Below, in pieces: positions 23,801 to 35,510 of a DNA stretch of 64,000 nucleotides. The DNA comes from Stegostoma tigrinum (taxonomy: Eukaryota): assembly GCF_030684315.1 (NCBI RefSeq), contig NC_081368.1, positions 49,615,734 through 49,679,733 on the forward strand, written 5' to 3'. The first letter of the stretch is position 1; every line of letters starts with the position of its first letter. A model generated the notes under the pieces. That model did not search any database and had not been told where the DNA came from. It saw only the letters and a list, made by a program, of their open reading frames with translations. A program made the position numbers and the translations under genes.

Positions 23801-25725
23801 GAAGTATATTGAGATGGGTAAGAAACTGGTTGGCAGAGAGGAAACAAAGAGTAGGAAATAATGGGTCTTTTACAAATTAACAGACAGTAACTAGTGGGGT
23901 GCCACAGGGATCGGGACTGGGACCCCAGCTGTTCACAATTATTATTAACGATTTGGATGAGGGAACAAAATGTAGATGATACTAAGTTGAGTGGAAGGGT
24001 GAACTGTGACGAGGATGCAGAGATCCTTCAGCATGATCTCGACAGGTTGGATGATTGGGCAAATCAATGGCAGATGCAGTATAATTTGGATATATATTCA
24101 CTTCAAAAGCAAAAGCAAGAAGACACATTAATACCTAAATGGCTGTAAATTGGAAAGGTGGAGTGTGCAATGGGACCTGGGTGTCCTTGCGCATTAATTG
24201 CTGAAGGTAAGCATGCAGGTGCAGCAGGTGGTAAAGAAGGCAAATGGTGTGGTGGCATCGTGACAGGTTTCAAGTACAGGAGCAGGGATGTGTTGTTGCA
24301 GTTAAACTGGGATTGGTGAGACCACACTTAGAATATTGTGTGCACTTTTTGGTCTCCTTTTCTGAGGAAGGATGCTCTTGCTTTTGAGGGAGTGCAGTGA
24401 AGGTTTACCAGGCTGTTTCTGGGAATGGCAGGTCTGATGTATGAGGAGAGATTGATGAGGTTGGGATTGTTTTCGCTGGAGTTCAGACAAATATGGGGGA
24501 TCTCATAGAGACCTATAAAATTCTAACAGGACTGGACAGCAGAGATGCAAGGAGAATATTCCGGTGGTGGGTGTGTCCAGAACCAGGGGTCACAGTATAA
24601 GGATTCGGGGTAGACCATTTGAGATGGAGATGAGAAGACATTTCTTCACCCAAAGAGTGGTTAGCCTGTGGAATTCATTACCACAGGGAGCAGCTGATGT
24701 CAAAACATTTAATATATTCAAGAGGCGCCTAGATATAGCACTCAGGGTGAATGGGATCAAAGGTTATATGGAGAAAACAGGAATAGGCTACGAGTTGGAT
24801 GAGCTGCCATCATTGTGAAGAATGGTGGAACAGGCTCAAAGGGCCGAATGGCCTCCTCCTGTTTCCTATCTTCTATGTTTCTAAGTTCACCAGAATGATA
24901 ATACATTAGAGGGTAGGTTAACTCAGATGGCTGGATGGCTAAATTGCAATGCACAGTGGTGCAACAGTGTGGGTTCAATACCTATGCCAGCTGAGATTGC
25001 CATGAAGGTCCTGCCTGGGTCATGGTGACCCTCTGATTAAGCTCATCACCGGCTTTCTCTGTCTAATGAGTAGCCCATCTGGGACTTTGGCAATTTTTTA
25101 ATAACGTGTTTTGAGCAACTACAGTCAGCACTGCACTGCTACTCCAATGCTGAGATATTTAAAGACAATTTTCCCCGTCAAGGCTTTTGATTCTGATTTT
25201 CTGAAAGCCAGCAGAACAGACACAAGGAAAAATACAAATTCAACAACAGGAGTCAACATCAAAATCAAGTCACTGCATTGTCACAACAGTATTGGAGTTG
25301 AGTAATAAACTAATGAAAATGTACTGTATGAAATGCAAATGAGAGACAATGTACTTGTGGATCCGTCAACCTACAAGAAAGAGCAAATTCAGATCATAAG
25401 GAACTTTTGACATTACAGCATTGAATTTGTGCAGAAGTCATGGATTTTTTGTGTGGAAATTGTTGTCTGCTTTGTACATGGCCAGGTAGAGTAACACATG
25501 CTGTTATGTGAGTCGACATCACAAGCTGATGAGGGAGGAAACTTTACACTCCACTTACTATCCACTTTCCTTTCCCATACATGGATGCCTCAATCCTGAT
25601 AAAATATGAAAACAATTATCTGACAACTTTTCAAGTAGCTAATGCTGCAGCTGCTTGCTAACAATAAGATGACAATATGTGAATTCCTCAACCTATCTTG
25701 ATAATAATCTCAGTTGAAAGGATAT
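20871..25725 (-). other. BRCC3: U12-type (minor spliceosome) AT-AC intron 2 of BRCC3
   Basis: 5' site GAG|ATATCCTTT. Branch-like ATCTTTGAC at 20888-20880, 3' site TGTAC|AGG. The reading frame is preserved with these boundaries. Confidence 0.93.
22083..24885 (+). mobile_element. Long CR1 LINE, near-complete ORF2 (endonuclease and RT) with stops and frameshifts
   Basis: IIGITETWL, MGDFN, KSPGPD, YLDFQKAFD, GVPQG..LGP, VDDTKL and FFTQRVVSLWNSLP motifs in order, ending in a ttctatgtttcta tail. It lies antisense within the BRCC3 U12 intron. Confidence 0.92.
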
Positions 25726-25845
25726 CTCAGCTTCAGTAGATGCTGCAGAAAGTTGCTCTGGAGAAATTTCCACTCGATCTTTGCGCTTATCTGAGCGGCG
25801 GAGAATGATGACAGAATGGATATGAACAATCCTGCTTGTGTCAAC
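25726..25845 (-). CDS. BRCC3: BRCC3 coding exon 2 (120 nt)
   Basis: cttag|VDTSRIVHIHSVIILRRSDKRKDRVEISPEQLSAASTEAE|atatcc. Confidence 0.96.
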
Positions 25846-25949
25846 CTAAGAAAAATATGAGAGGTTAATTGACTTCATTTACTTCCTACCTTGTCAAAAT
25901 AAACTGGTGGCAGACTGGATTCGGGCATTAATTTTTATTTCTGGAACCT

Positions 25950-26215
25950 GGCAGAACGGTGGCTAAGTGGTCAGCACTGCTGCCTCACAGCACCAGGGAC
26001 CTGGGTTTGATTCTACCCTTGAGGACTGTCTGTGTGGAGTTTACACTTTCACTCCTTGCATACAAGGGTTTCCTCCCACAGTCCAAAGATGTGCAGGTTA
26101 TTTGGATTACCCTTGGGAATTGCAGGTTGATAGGGTAGGGGGGCAGGTCTGTGTGGGATGATCTTCGGAGGCCTGGTGGGACGACTGGCCTGCTCCCACA
26201 CTGCTGGGGTTCTCT
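25950..26215 (+). mobile_element. HE1-like V-SINE (tRNA-derived)
   Basis: ggtggctaagtggtcagcactgctgcctcacag..gggtttgattc A/B boxes, followed by the V-domain tgtctgtgtggagttt..cccacagtccaaagatgtgc. Confidence 0.8.
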
Positions 26216-26312
26216 ACGCTCACATCCAACTGGGCAGAACAAATTAATATCTCTTTTTGCTGGCTTTAATGGGCCTTAAAGGTGTGGTTTTCATCAAACT
26301 AAGCATAATTGT

Positions 26313-26910
26313 TTGGCAGTACAAAACTTGAGTATTTTCATTGTTGAAGCTTTTCATCTCGCATCCATCAGGACAATATTTACATTGCATTTGAGGATAT
26401 TTCTGATTAGTTGTCAAGAAGACTTTGATAACTCCTCTAGACAGGCTACTGTTAATGATGGCCGACAGTTAACTTCAGTAACTACACAACTGCACCACAT
26501 TAGAGTTCATGAAGACACACAAGGAAATTGCATAAAGCTACGGCATAAAGGGATATGACTTGAGAGTCCTTATGAGGCCATAAATTTGTGGACGCAATGA
26601 ACTGTAAGGATCAAATCAACAATACGGGTAATTTCATTCTCTGGTTTATTTCTAACGGCAATGCCTTAATTAATCAGCGTCAACCTTCCTCGTTTAAAAT
26701 TTAAACAAAGCTTGATAGTTAAGTTTAGTCATTAATTGAGACCCTCTCCATGGCAGCGCTGCTACCAGAGGCAATTTGCCAACCAAATATCACCTCCACT
26801 TATACAATATAACGGTTAATTTCCCTTTACTTTGACACTTCTTGTGAAATGCCCTGATGAGTACAAGATGAAAAGCTTCAACAAAGTGTCCTTGCCCAGT
26901 AATGCTGAAA
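26313..26910. repeat. Element with divergently oriented terminal repeats, each carrying a CTGATG..GAAA hammerhead-like core
   Basis: 26345-26373 (minus: gtcctgatggatgcgagatgaaaagcttc) mirrors 26852-26885 (plus: ccctgatgagtacaagatgaaaagcttcaacaa). Further copies at about 36360-36390 and 38250-38340. Confidence 0.6.
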
Positions 26911-28654
26911 CGGAGACCAATATGGAAATAGAAATATCAGTGAGGCAATACAACACAATCTGCCTAGAGATCAATTAATTCCAGGATAGAGAAACATGTT
27001 ACTGTCACAAATCGCTGACACTGAATAACAAGATAGAAAATGTCCAGTTTCTCTGTTGATAACACGCTTCACCTTACTAAAACAAAACAAGACGTTACAG
27101 AAACATTATCAAATGGAGGACATTTTGGTGTGTCTCCAGAAACCATTGTGTTTTGACTAACAATCAGTTTTCTTTTTAAAAACAGATGGGCATCTGCCTT
27201 GGGGCCTAAATATGAATTGAATTGTTAATACAACATAAAGTGCAAGTAAAAGCATTAATTTTCTTCCAACAACCTCCATCCAACCCTAATCCTAAAACTG
27301 TTTTTGCTATTGACAGCAGAGCTCATTTACCGTTGGACTGCAACAGACAACTGATAATCCATTTCACATCTTTAAAAGACACAGCTTTCACAGTCAACTC
27401 TGCATTTTCTTGTGAAATATCTGAATGCTTTCAAAACATGAAAGTATCCACACAAGTACAGAATTGCAAATAGCTAAGGAAAAGCTGATTTACTCCAGAT
27501 GATTCAAGAAGCAGACAGATGAACAGTTAGGTGACTGCGCTTGTTCTCCCTTCTGTTAATTATGACCAATGAGGGCCTAACTAATAGTTTCTGGGTTGAG
27601 TTATTTATTTGTGGAGTTCAGTTAGAAATGGGGGAAAAAGCACCTTGACCTGTTGTTGACATAATGGTGACTCAAATCCATTTCCTGGAACTAAAATGCT
27701 GAAGATCGATGCTATTTGTATCAACACGCCTTGTGGCAGATTAAGAAGCTTCTTCTGAATTTTTCAGTGGTTACTTTGGATTACACCTTTGGAGTTGGGT
27801 AGCCTATTTAATTTGTACATTATTTCTGATAAGTCATTAATGATGTGATGTCATTAATTAGCTCATAGAGTAAAAGGGACAGTAACAACATGGATGCAGA
27901 CTGACTGGAAACAAACAGTAGTGGGTAATAGATGATTCTCAAACTGGAGAAGGGTTTAGCGGTCAAGTTCTCCAGGAGTCAGTGTCAGTGATTTCAAAAT
28001 TTGTTGATGATACAAAACTTGAAAACGAGGATTTGTGAAAAGTATACAGCAGAATTTCAACAGGACAAAACAGGCAGGTTGACGGAACAGGCAAACAATG
28101 AAATTTAATACAAAGAAGTCTGAAGTGATTCAGTGTGGTAGGATGAAGATAAAGAGACAATATGAAAGGAGGGGTACAATTCTAAAGTTAAGGCAGAACC
28201 ATGAAAAGAAGATGGGATGTGGAGCTCATCAAATTGCTCCAATAGAGACTCAGCACTGTCTCAATGAGTCAAATAGTCCTCTTGCAGTGTAGCAACTCTG
28301 TGAATTACTCCATAAGATGATGCAGGCAAAATCCAAGTAGAGGAGACTTGGGGAAGTATAGGTCCAATGATATTTGGTCTTCCTAAACAACTTACACTTA
28401 GCACATGCAGATAACACATACACCGTATACCAACATTTTCTGAAAGAAATAAGATGATTCCATTTTCTTGCTGGGGCACCCTATTGAAACTGAAGTAACA
28501 ATTCCACACAGAATGGATTTATATTGAGTTGAGGTATGTTTTGTTGAGAGAACAATTAACTCAGGATTCATTAGATCAACTCTCTCAATGCCTCAGCACA
28601 GCAAGGGACGTTTGTTGTGCTCCATCAGCCTGTAAAGAGCATCACCCTACGGAA

Positions 28655-28955
28655 GTACAGGTCTCAGTGGTTAGCATTTCGTCTCACAGCACCAGAGACC
28701 TGGGTTCAATTCCAGCCTCGGGTAATTGTCTGTGTGGAGTTTGCACGTTCTCCCCATATTCTGCATGGGGTTTCCTTTGGATACCCTGGTTTCTACCTAC
28801 AGTCCAAAGATGCGCTGGTGAGGTGGATTGGCCACGCTAAATTACCCATAGTGTTTAGGGTGGGAAATGCAGGGATAGGACAAGTGGTGGGTCAGGGTCG
28901 GGTGCTCTTTAGAGTGTTGGCGTGGACTCAACTCTTTTCTGTGGAAAGTGATAGG
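28655..28955 (+). mobile_element. HE1-like V-SINE
   Basis: ctcagtggttagcatt..gggttcaattcc and tgtctgtgtggagtttgcacgttctcccc..gtccaaagatgcgc. Confidence 0.8.
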
Positions 28956-29237
28956 TTCCAGTAGAACAGCAGGCAGTACCAGCTGAACCTGTGCTGGTGA
29001 CAGAATGGAGCAATCTCTGGAATGACAGCCCCAAACCTGATTCCTGAGGCAATGCACCAATTCCCATTCAGAGGGGACAAGCTGAGGCTTCCTCATCACG
29101 GACTGGACTGGCCGGGAGGGTTATGAGGCCTGGTTGCCGGGGGTAACAGTGCCCAGCCCCGTTGCTGAGATGGGGGGGGGGTGTTGTCAGGGTGACGGTC
29201 TCCGGCCCGGTTGCTAAGGGAAGGTTCGAGCGGGTAC

Positions 29238-29342
29238 CTCTCCGATACACAGTCCCATCACTTCCTCCTTTTCCGTGGACAAGGCGTGATTTAAACAGAC
29301 GAGGAACGCATCCGAGTCCAGATGAACCCCACACACCGCCAT
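29238..29342 (-). CDS. BRCC3: BRCC3 (BRCC36 Lys63-specific deubiquitinase) coding exon 1
   Basis: MAVCGVHLDSDAFLVCLNHALSTEKEEVMGLCIGE|gtaccc. The 8 exons join to a 786-nt CDS (261 aa). Confidence 0.97.
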
Positions 29343-29600
29343 GTCCGCTCAACGGTCGGGAGTGAAACCTAAAACCCGATTTAACCGAACCGGATCCTCT
29401 CCCCTTCCCGACAAAAACAGGGACAACAACCGGCGCCGGGCGACAAGCGCACGCGTCGCAACTAGGTTCCGGAAAATTCTCCGAGTTAAAATTGTGGCAG
29501 TGGCAGAGAGAGAGAAAATAAAATTACGAGTGATAAAAGCAGTTTTAAAATTTCGGGCAGAGGGAACTCGCAACGTGGGTATCGATTGTAACAGCGCAAC
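29343..29600. promoter_or_regulatory. CpG-rich bidirectional promoter between BRCC3 and CMC4
   Basis: Locally CpG-dense region between divergent genes. NRF1-like GCGCACGCG at 29447-29455 and palindromic ETS/GABP-like TTCCGGAA at 29467-29474. Probable non-coding CMC4 exon-1 donor CAG|gtaaag at 29692. Confidence 0.7.
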
Positions 29601-30486
29601 GCTGACAATGTCAATATTTAATTTTCATCAGTTCGTTGGCAGCTGAACCCGAGCAGTTTAGGAGGTGACACCGGCTCTCCTTTTCAGGACAGGTAAAGGT
29701 TTGAGGACAGGCTGGTCATTTTTGTGAGAAAATACATCCGCGTGGCTATTTTTATTATACTTAGTCCACACCAATTTGATTAGGTTCCTGAAAAAGCCGA
29801 ATTAAGTCTGTACCTTGAGCTTTAAGGAAGCTTTGTACAAATAAAATAGAACAAAACATTAATCTTGATTATTGCTGACCTGTAATCTGTAACATCTAAG
29901 AGACACCAAAATGGTTATCTTTAAAACAAATATTTGGGAGTAGAATTTCATCGATGGAAGGGATTGACCAAACATTGAGGCATTAGGCCTATCATAGATT
30001 TCAAAGTGCTTGTTCTAGGAATCTGAATTCAGAACAGAGTTGAAACTTTATGCCGCATTCAAAACTAATGGTAAACAGGGAAAGGATCAGAAGTTGGGAT
30101 TTAATATTTCTGTCTCTGATTTCTTTTCAACATTTGAAAAATTAATGTCTTTATCGGCACAAGACATTAAAGTATTTTAAGAAGTAAAATTGGGGTACCA
30201 ATTTTGAATTTAGAATGTCTTCAAAAACTTAGACAAGTTCCCTAAATAAAACAAGTTTATCCCTAGTTTGCTGACAATGAAAATGTATGGCTGTAATTAT
30301 TAATTCTGTTTTTGCTGCCTAGCATAAATTTCTGTATGTTCCCTTTTCTGTCAGTTGTTAAAATATTTAAATTAGCTGCACATAGGTTTTTAAAAATATC
30401 CCACTGCTTTGATGCCAGAGTTCCATTCCATGTAAAACTGCAAACAGAAAAGCCAATATATTCATTTCTTTTTCAGGAACATTGCT

Positions 30487-30544
30487 ATGTCAACTAAGGA
30501 CCCTTGTCAGAAACAGGCCTGTGAAATACAGAAGTGCTTACAAG
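30487..30544 (+). CDS. CMC4: CMC4 (Cx9C motif protein, p8-MTCP1NB) coding exon 1
   Basis: Acceptor tttcag| at 30476. Encodes MSTKDPCQKQACEIQKCLQ, then a phase-1 donor G|gtgaaa. Confidence 0.95.
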
Positions 30545-31488
30545 GTGAAATTTAAGTTTACATTTTCCTTCAACTGTTCTTAATTTGAAATCTCTGACAC
30601 TCATTATTTGCCCTTTATTATCTATTCTGAATTAGTTAAATTTTATTGAGACACTAAAGTAATGCAACTTGATTGCTACTGTTATTAAACAGCTTCACAC
30701 AGTATTTGATATTTTATAATTATAATACAATACATAGAAACAAGGAACAGGAACAGGTTAACAGTTATTCAGTATGTTCATGGCCAATCCTTTATCTCAT
30801 TGCCTGTTCCTACTTTCTCTTCATACACTTTGACACCTTCAATATCTAAAAAGCAAATACAAGTTCAGCTTGTCCAACCCTTCTGCATAAGTTAACCTGC
30901 CAATTCCAGATATTAATATAGCAACTCTGAACTGGAGTTTTTGTGCCTTGTCTTTATCAGCAAAAATCTGAAGCTGACTCAGCTTCCAAAAGATAAATAG
31001 CATAAAGTTCTTTTATACTTCACAATATAATTTTTAGTTTTTGAAAAAGAGAAGTTGCTACTGTGAATATTTGGAATTGCTAATGTGAATAACTGAATAT
31101 TATGTTGTGTAGGGTTTTACCTGAAATTTTCCCTGCATATTTTAGCCAGTTCTTTCTCTGTCTCTTTACCTCCCCCACCCACTCAACTCCCCACTATGGC
31201 AGTAGCCTGTTACATAATGTTGAGACTGGCCACTTGCACTTCTAAAATCTGAAGTCAGTAATTTCATAAGAATGGACTAAGAGAACACTTTTCACCTCCA
31301 TCACATAGTTCAGTTCATTAATGATACTTGAAAAATTAAATCCTAGAGGAAAGTGGTTATTGCTTTCCATTCTGTGCTGCCAAAAAGGACCAGCTTTGGT
31401 CAGTGGCAGATGGTCCTGTATGAAAGCTGAACTGGATGAACACGAGTGGCCTTTGACTGATTTCTCATTTTTTGTGTGTTCTTTGCAG

Positions 31489-31634
31489 CTCACCATTATC
31501 AAGAAAGCAGATGCCAGCATGTAATTGAAGAAATGCACAAGTGCTGTAAGACATATGCAAAAATATCTGTTTGTTGTTCAGGGTTTTTGAAAGAAGAAGA
31601 GAAAAAAAGCTTACAGATATACAATTGTCAGTGA
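31489..31634 (+). CDS. CMC4: CMC4 coding exon 2 with stop
   Basis: ttgcag|(A)HHYQESRCQHVIEEMHKCCKTYAKISVCCSGFLKEEEKKSLQIYNCQ*. Total 67 aa with twin Cx9C (C7/C17, C28/C38). Confidence 0.95.
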
Positions 31635-33077
31635 ATACAAACCCTTTGGTTATACCTTACTTTTAAAGATTGCCAAAGTACTGCATCAGACCTTGATTCT
31701 GGCTGTATCACTATTAACCATGAGGATTTGGAAAGAGGATATAACAAACACAGTGAGGTCCTTAAATCTACTCTCGGGCAAATGTTAAATCTGAAGAATA
31801 CAGAATGGCACAAATGTGAATTAAATAACATACTATAATTTTACATTGGATGATGGTCTGGCTTTCAACTTTTTTTGGTAAACTGCTAGTAATGGTATCA
31901 GTTATTTAATTCTCGGATGTGAATGTAATTTTGAAACACAATAGACGCAGACTGTGTGTGGTATTTAAGCAACATAATTAGCTATTTATATGTGGTCAGG
32001 GATGCAATAAGTGCAGTAATCACTATTGTCACAAACCACACATCATAATGTACAAGACCATCAGAAATTTATTGACTGACTTTTTTTTGTTTTGTTTTGT
32101 TAGTATCAATCCATAAATAGATAATTATGTAATTCTGATTTCTAATTAAGTCTGGTAACGTACTGCCAGAATGTTGTCATTCACTGTCTAGTTGACTTTT
32201 ACAGTATTAAGATTCAGTAAATAGAAAGATATTTAATTATTAAATGTTAGCAAAAATGAAAATGAGACTATCTATTAATTTTGATCAAACACAGTGTGAG
32301 CTCACAAAGGTGTTAGAGTAGACAAACCTGTTAATATGTGTACATAAATTGTTGAAGGCAGCAGAACTGGAAGAAAAAGTAGTTAATAAGGCATACAGGA
32401 TCCTGGGCTTCATTAATGGAGGCATAGACTACAAAACCAAGCAAGGGATGGGCCATTTAGAATTGGGATGAGAAATTTCTTCACACAGACAGCAGTGAGC
32501 CTGTGGAATTTCCTGCTGTGATAACATTGACTGGCGGAGTAGTTTCAAAGGGCTAACTGGCCTACTCCTGCTCCTTTTATTTGTGGGGAATCCTTTGCAA
32601 ATTATTAGTTTGGTCTCAACTGTGACAAATTTTGAGCACCACATTTCAGGAAAGATTTGAAGGCATTCAGATCTGTTCAGAAAAGATTCTCGAGAATGGC
32701 TCCAACAATTTCTGACTTCATTTGCAAGGACAGATTGGCAAAATGGGATTGTTCCTACCATTAGTTACTTTCATATTCTTCAACAGGCACAAGCGTTTCA
32801 TTGCTATCATGCAATTTGATGAAATGGAGAAGAAAAGTTATCTGCGCTACTAATGTATTTGAATGCAAATTGAGAGCACAAATATGAACTTACAAAATAG
32901 AGCATAGAACATGAGGAGTCGAAGTAGTCCATTTGACCCCTCAAGCCTGCTGTGCCAATCAAGAAGATCATGGTTGAGTTGGCTGTGCTTCACATTCCAC
33001 ATTCTTATCTGTCCCTGGTAACCCTTGATCCCCTGCCTAACAAGAATGTATCCACCTGTTGTAATCATCATCCTGGA

Positions 33078-33378
33078 TCATAGAATCCCTACAGTGTGGA
33101 AACGGGCCCTTCGGCTCAACAAGTCTACACCGACCCTCAGAGCATCCCATCCAGACCCATCCAGTCTACACATCCCTGATGTCTGTGGGCAATTTAGCAT
33201 GGCCAATTCACCTAGCCTGCACATCTTTGGACTATAGGAGGAAACCCAGACCACCTGGAGGAAACCCATGAGGAGAATGTGCAAACTCCACACAGACAGT
33301 TGCCCAAGGGCAGAATTGAACATGGGTCTCTGGTGCTGTGAGGCAGCAGTGCTAATCACTGAGCCACTGTGCTGCCCT
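33078..33378 (-). mobile_element. HE1-like V-SINE
   Basis: Minus strand: ggcagcacagtggctcagtgattagcactgctgcctcacag...tgtctgtgtggagtttgcacattc...gggattctatg tail. Confidence 0.82.
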
Positions 33379-33397
33379 GAAGTGAAGCAAGAAATCT

Positions 33398-33488
33398 GGG
33401 CTTGTCAGGGAGTTGAACCTGGGACTTCTCGCATGTCACACGCTCTATAGTACCCTAAGTGAGAATTGTACCCCTAGACCAACAAGCC
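33398..33488 (-). tRNA. tRNA-Pro(AGG)-like gene with 19-nt intron at position 37/38; probably a pseudogene
   Basis: GGCTTGTTGGTCTAGGGGTACAATTCTCACTTAGGG[TACTATAGAGCGTGTGACA]TGCGAGAAGTCCCAGGTTCAACTCCCTGACAAGCCC aligns to vertebrate tRNA-Pro. The acceptor stem is perfect; the D, anticodon and T stems have mismatches. Confidence 0.8.
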
Positions 33489-33714
33489 ATGCGTTTTCTG
33501 AAGAAGCGTCCCAACCTGAAACATCTGCTTTCCTGCTTCTCTGATGCTGCCTGGCCTGCTGTGTTCCTCCAGCTCCACACTGTGTTATCTCTGACTCCAG
33601 CATCAGCAGTCCTTACTATCTCCTCCTGCAGCATTGGCAGTTCTTACTATCTCTGTTTGGAATCTGTATTTTTTTTTATTCACAACAGTTCTAACATCTC
33701 TGAATAGCTGTAGG

Positions 33715-35510
33715 ATATCGCTGCAGCAGAAATGTAATAATTGATCATTCCCATCTGGCACAAAATAAAATGGGAAAGGTAGCCCAACCATGGCTAATGA
33801 TGGAAATTAGGGATTGTATTATATCCAAGAAGAGGCACAAACAAAAGTGGCCAAAAAAATGCAGCAGACTTGAGGATTAGGATCAATTTAGATTTCAGCA
33901 TAGAAGGACAAAGTGATTATTTAAGATGGGGGAAATAGAGTGCGAGAATAAGTGGGGAACATACATACGATTCTAAGAGTTTATATAGGTATGTAAAGAG
34001 AAACGGGTTAGTTAAGATAAATGTATGTCCTCTACGATCAGAAACAGGAGAAGTTAATTTGCGGAAGAAAGAGATGGTAGACTAGTTAAATAGGTATTTT
34101 GGTTTAAGGACCACAATGTCATTTGGAAAATTGATGGGATTAAAGGCTGACAAATCCTCAGGGCCTGACAATCTATAATATCCTAGAGTAGTTAAGTGGC
34201 CCTACAATAATGTCTGCATCTTTCAAGATTCTATAGACTCTGGAACAGTTCTTATGAATTGCGGTAGGTAAGGTAACTCCACTATTTGAAAAAAAGAGGT
34301 GGAAAGGAAAAGGGGAAAGAAAGGCCAGTTAACCTGACATCCGTCATGGTTGTGGGGGGTGGGGGGCGGGGGCGGGGGATGTGGAATAGAGCTAGAAACC
34401 AATATAAAAGATTTAATAGCAGAGTTGTTGGAAAACAGTGACAGGATTGGACAGAGTTAGCATTAATTTATGAAAGGGAATTTATGCTTCATTCATCTGA
34501 AATTTTTTGAAGATGAGTTCATTAGGGAGAACCAGTTGGTGTAATTTACCTGGTCTTTCAGAAGGTTTTTGGTAGGTGGCTACTAGCTATTTGCTATATA
34601 TATTAATGATTTAGATGAAGGAACTAAATATAATATGTCCAAGTTTTCAGGTGACACAAATCTGGGTGGGAGGGTGGGCTGTGATGAGGATGTAGAGATG
34701 CTTTAGTATGATTTGGACAAGTTGAGTGAATGATCATGAGAGATGAAGCATAATGTGGATAAATGAGAGTTTATCCCCTTTGGTAGCAAACGCACAAAGG
34801 CAGATGATTATTTGAGTGGTGGTAGATTGGGAAAAAGGAAGCTGCAAAAGCTAGATGTCCAACACACCAATTGTTGAAAGTAAGCATGCAAGTGCAGCTG
34901 TTGTGAAGAATGCAAATGGTATGTTGGCCTTCATAGGGAGAGAGGTATTAAATACAGGAGAAGGGATGTCTCACTGCAGTTGTACAGGTGAGCAGTTTCT
35001 ATATGCTCATCTGAGGAAGTTCTGGCTGTGAAGTGAAGGCAACAAAGGTTTACCAGATTGATTCCTAAAATGGCAGGACTGATGAAGAGAGACTGGATTG
35101 GTCAGGATTATATTCACTGGAGTTTAAAAGAATGAGAGGGAACTCATTAAAAAAAACCATAAAATTCTAACTGGAGTGAGCAGAGTAAACCACAGGAACG
35201 GTGTATGCGATGACCAGGAGTCCAGAACCAGAGGTCACAAATTAAGGAAATGGGTTTGGCCATTTAGGACTGAGATAAGTGGAAGTACCTCCACCCAGTG
35301 ACTGGTGAACCTGGTGGAAGTCTGTCACAAAAAGCAAAACATTTAATGCTTTTCAAGGAGATATAGTTTTTAGGCCTAAAGGGATTAAAAAGTACAGGGT
35401 AAGAAATCAGCAACAGGGTACTAAGATGATCAGACATGATTCAGTTGAATGGTGGTTAGGCTCAAAGGGCCAAATAGTCTATTCCTACTCTTACTTCCTA
35501 CATTTCTACA
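33715..35510 (+). mobile_element. Decayed CR1 LINE ORF2 and 3' end
   Basis: Collinear similarity to 22850-24885: KSSGPD, INDLDEG..GDTNLGG, and the 3' tail ttcctacatttctac. Confidence 0.8.

Noticed and set aside
22074-24818. Cluster of 60-125-aa ORFs
   Set aside because: They are broken pieces of one CR1 ORF2 and its antisense, not host genes.
25950-26025. tRNA-like A/B boxes (also at about 28660 and 33310-33378)
   Set aside because: These are SINE heads continuing into the V-domain, not tRNA genes.
29068-29646. Overlapping ORFs 29068..29352, 29162..29365, 29341..29646 and 29349..29573
   Set aside because: By-products of GC-rich promoter sequence. The real frame is BRCC3 exon 1.
34352-34379. 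G-run tract with G-quadruplex potential
   Set aside because: A low-complexity expansion inside a dead CR1, with no sign of function.
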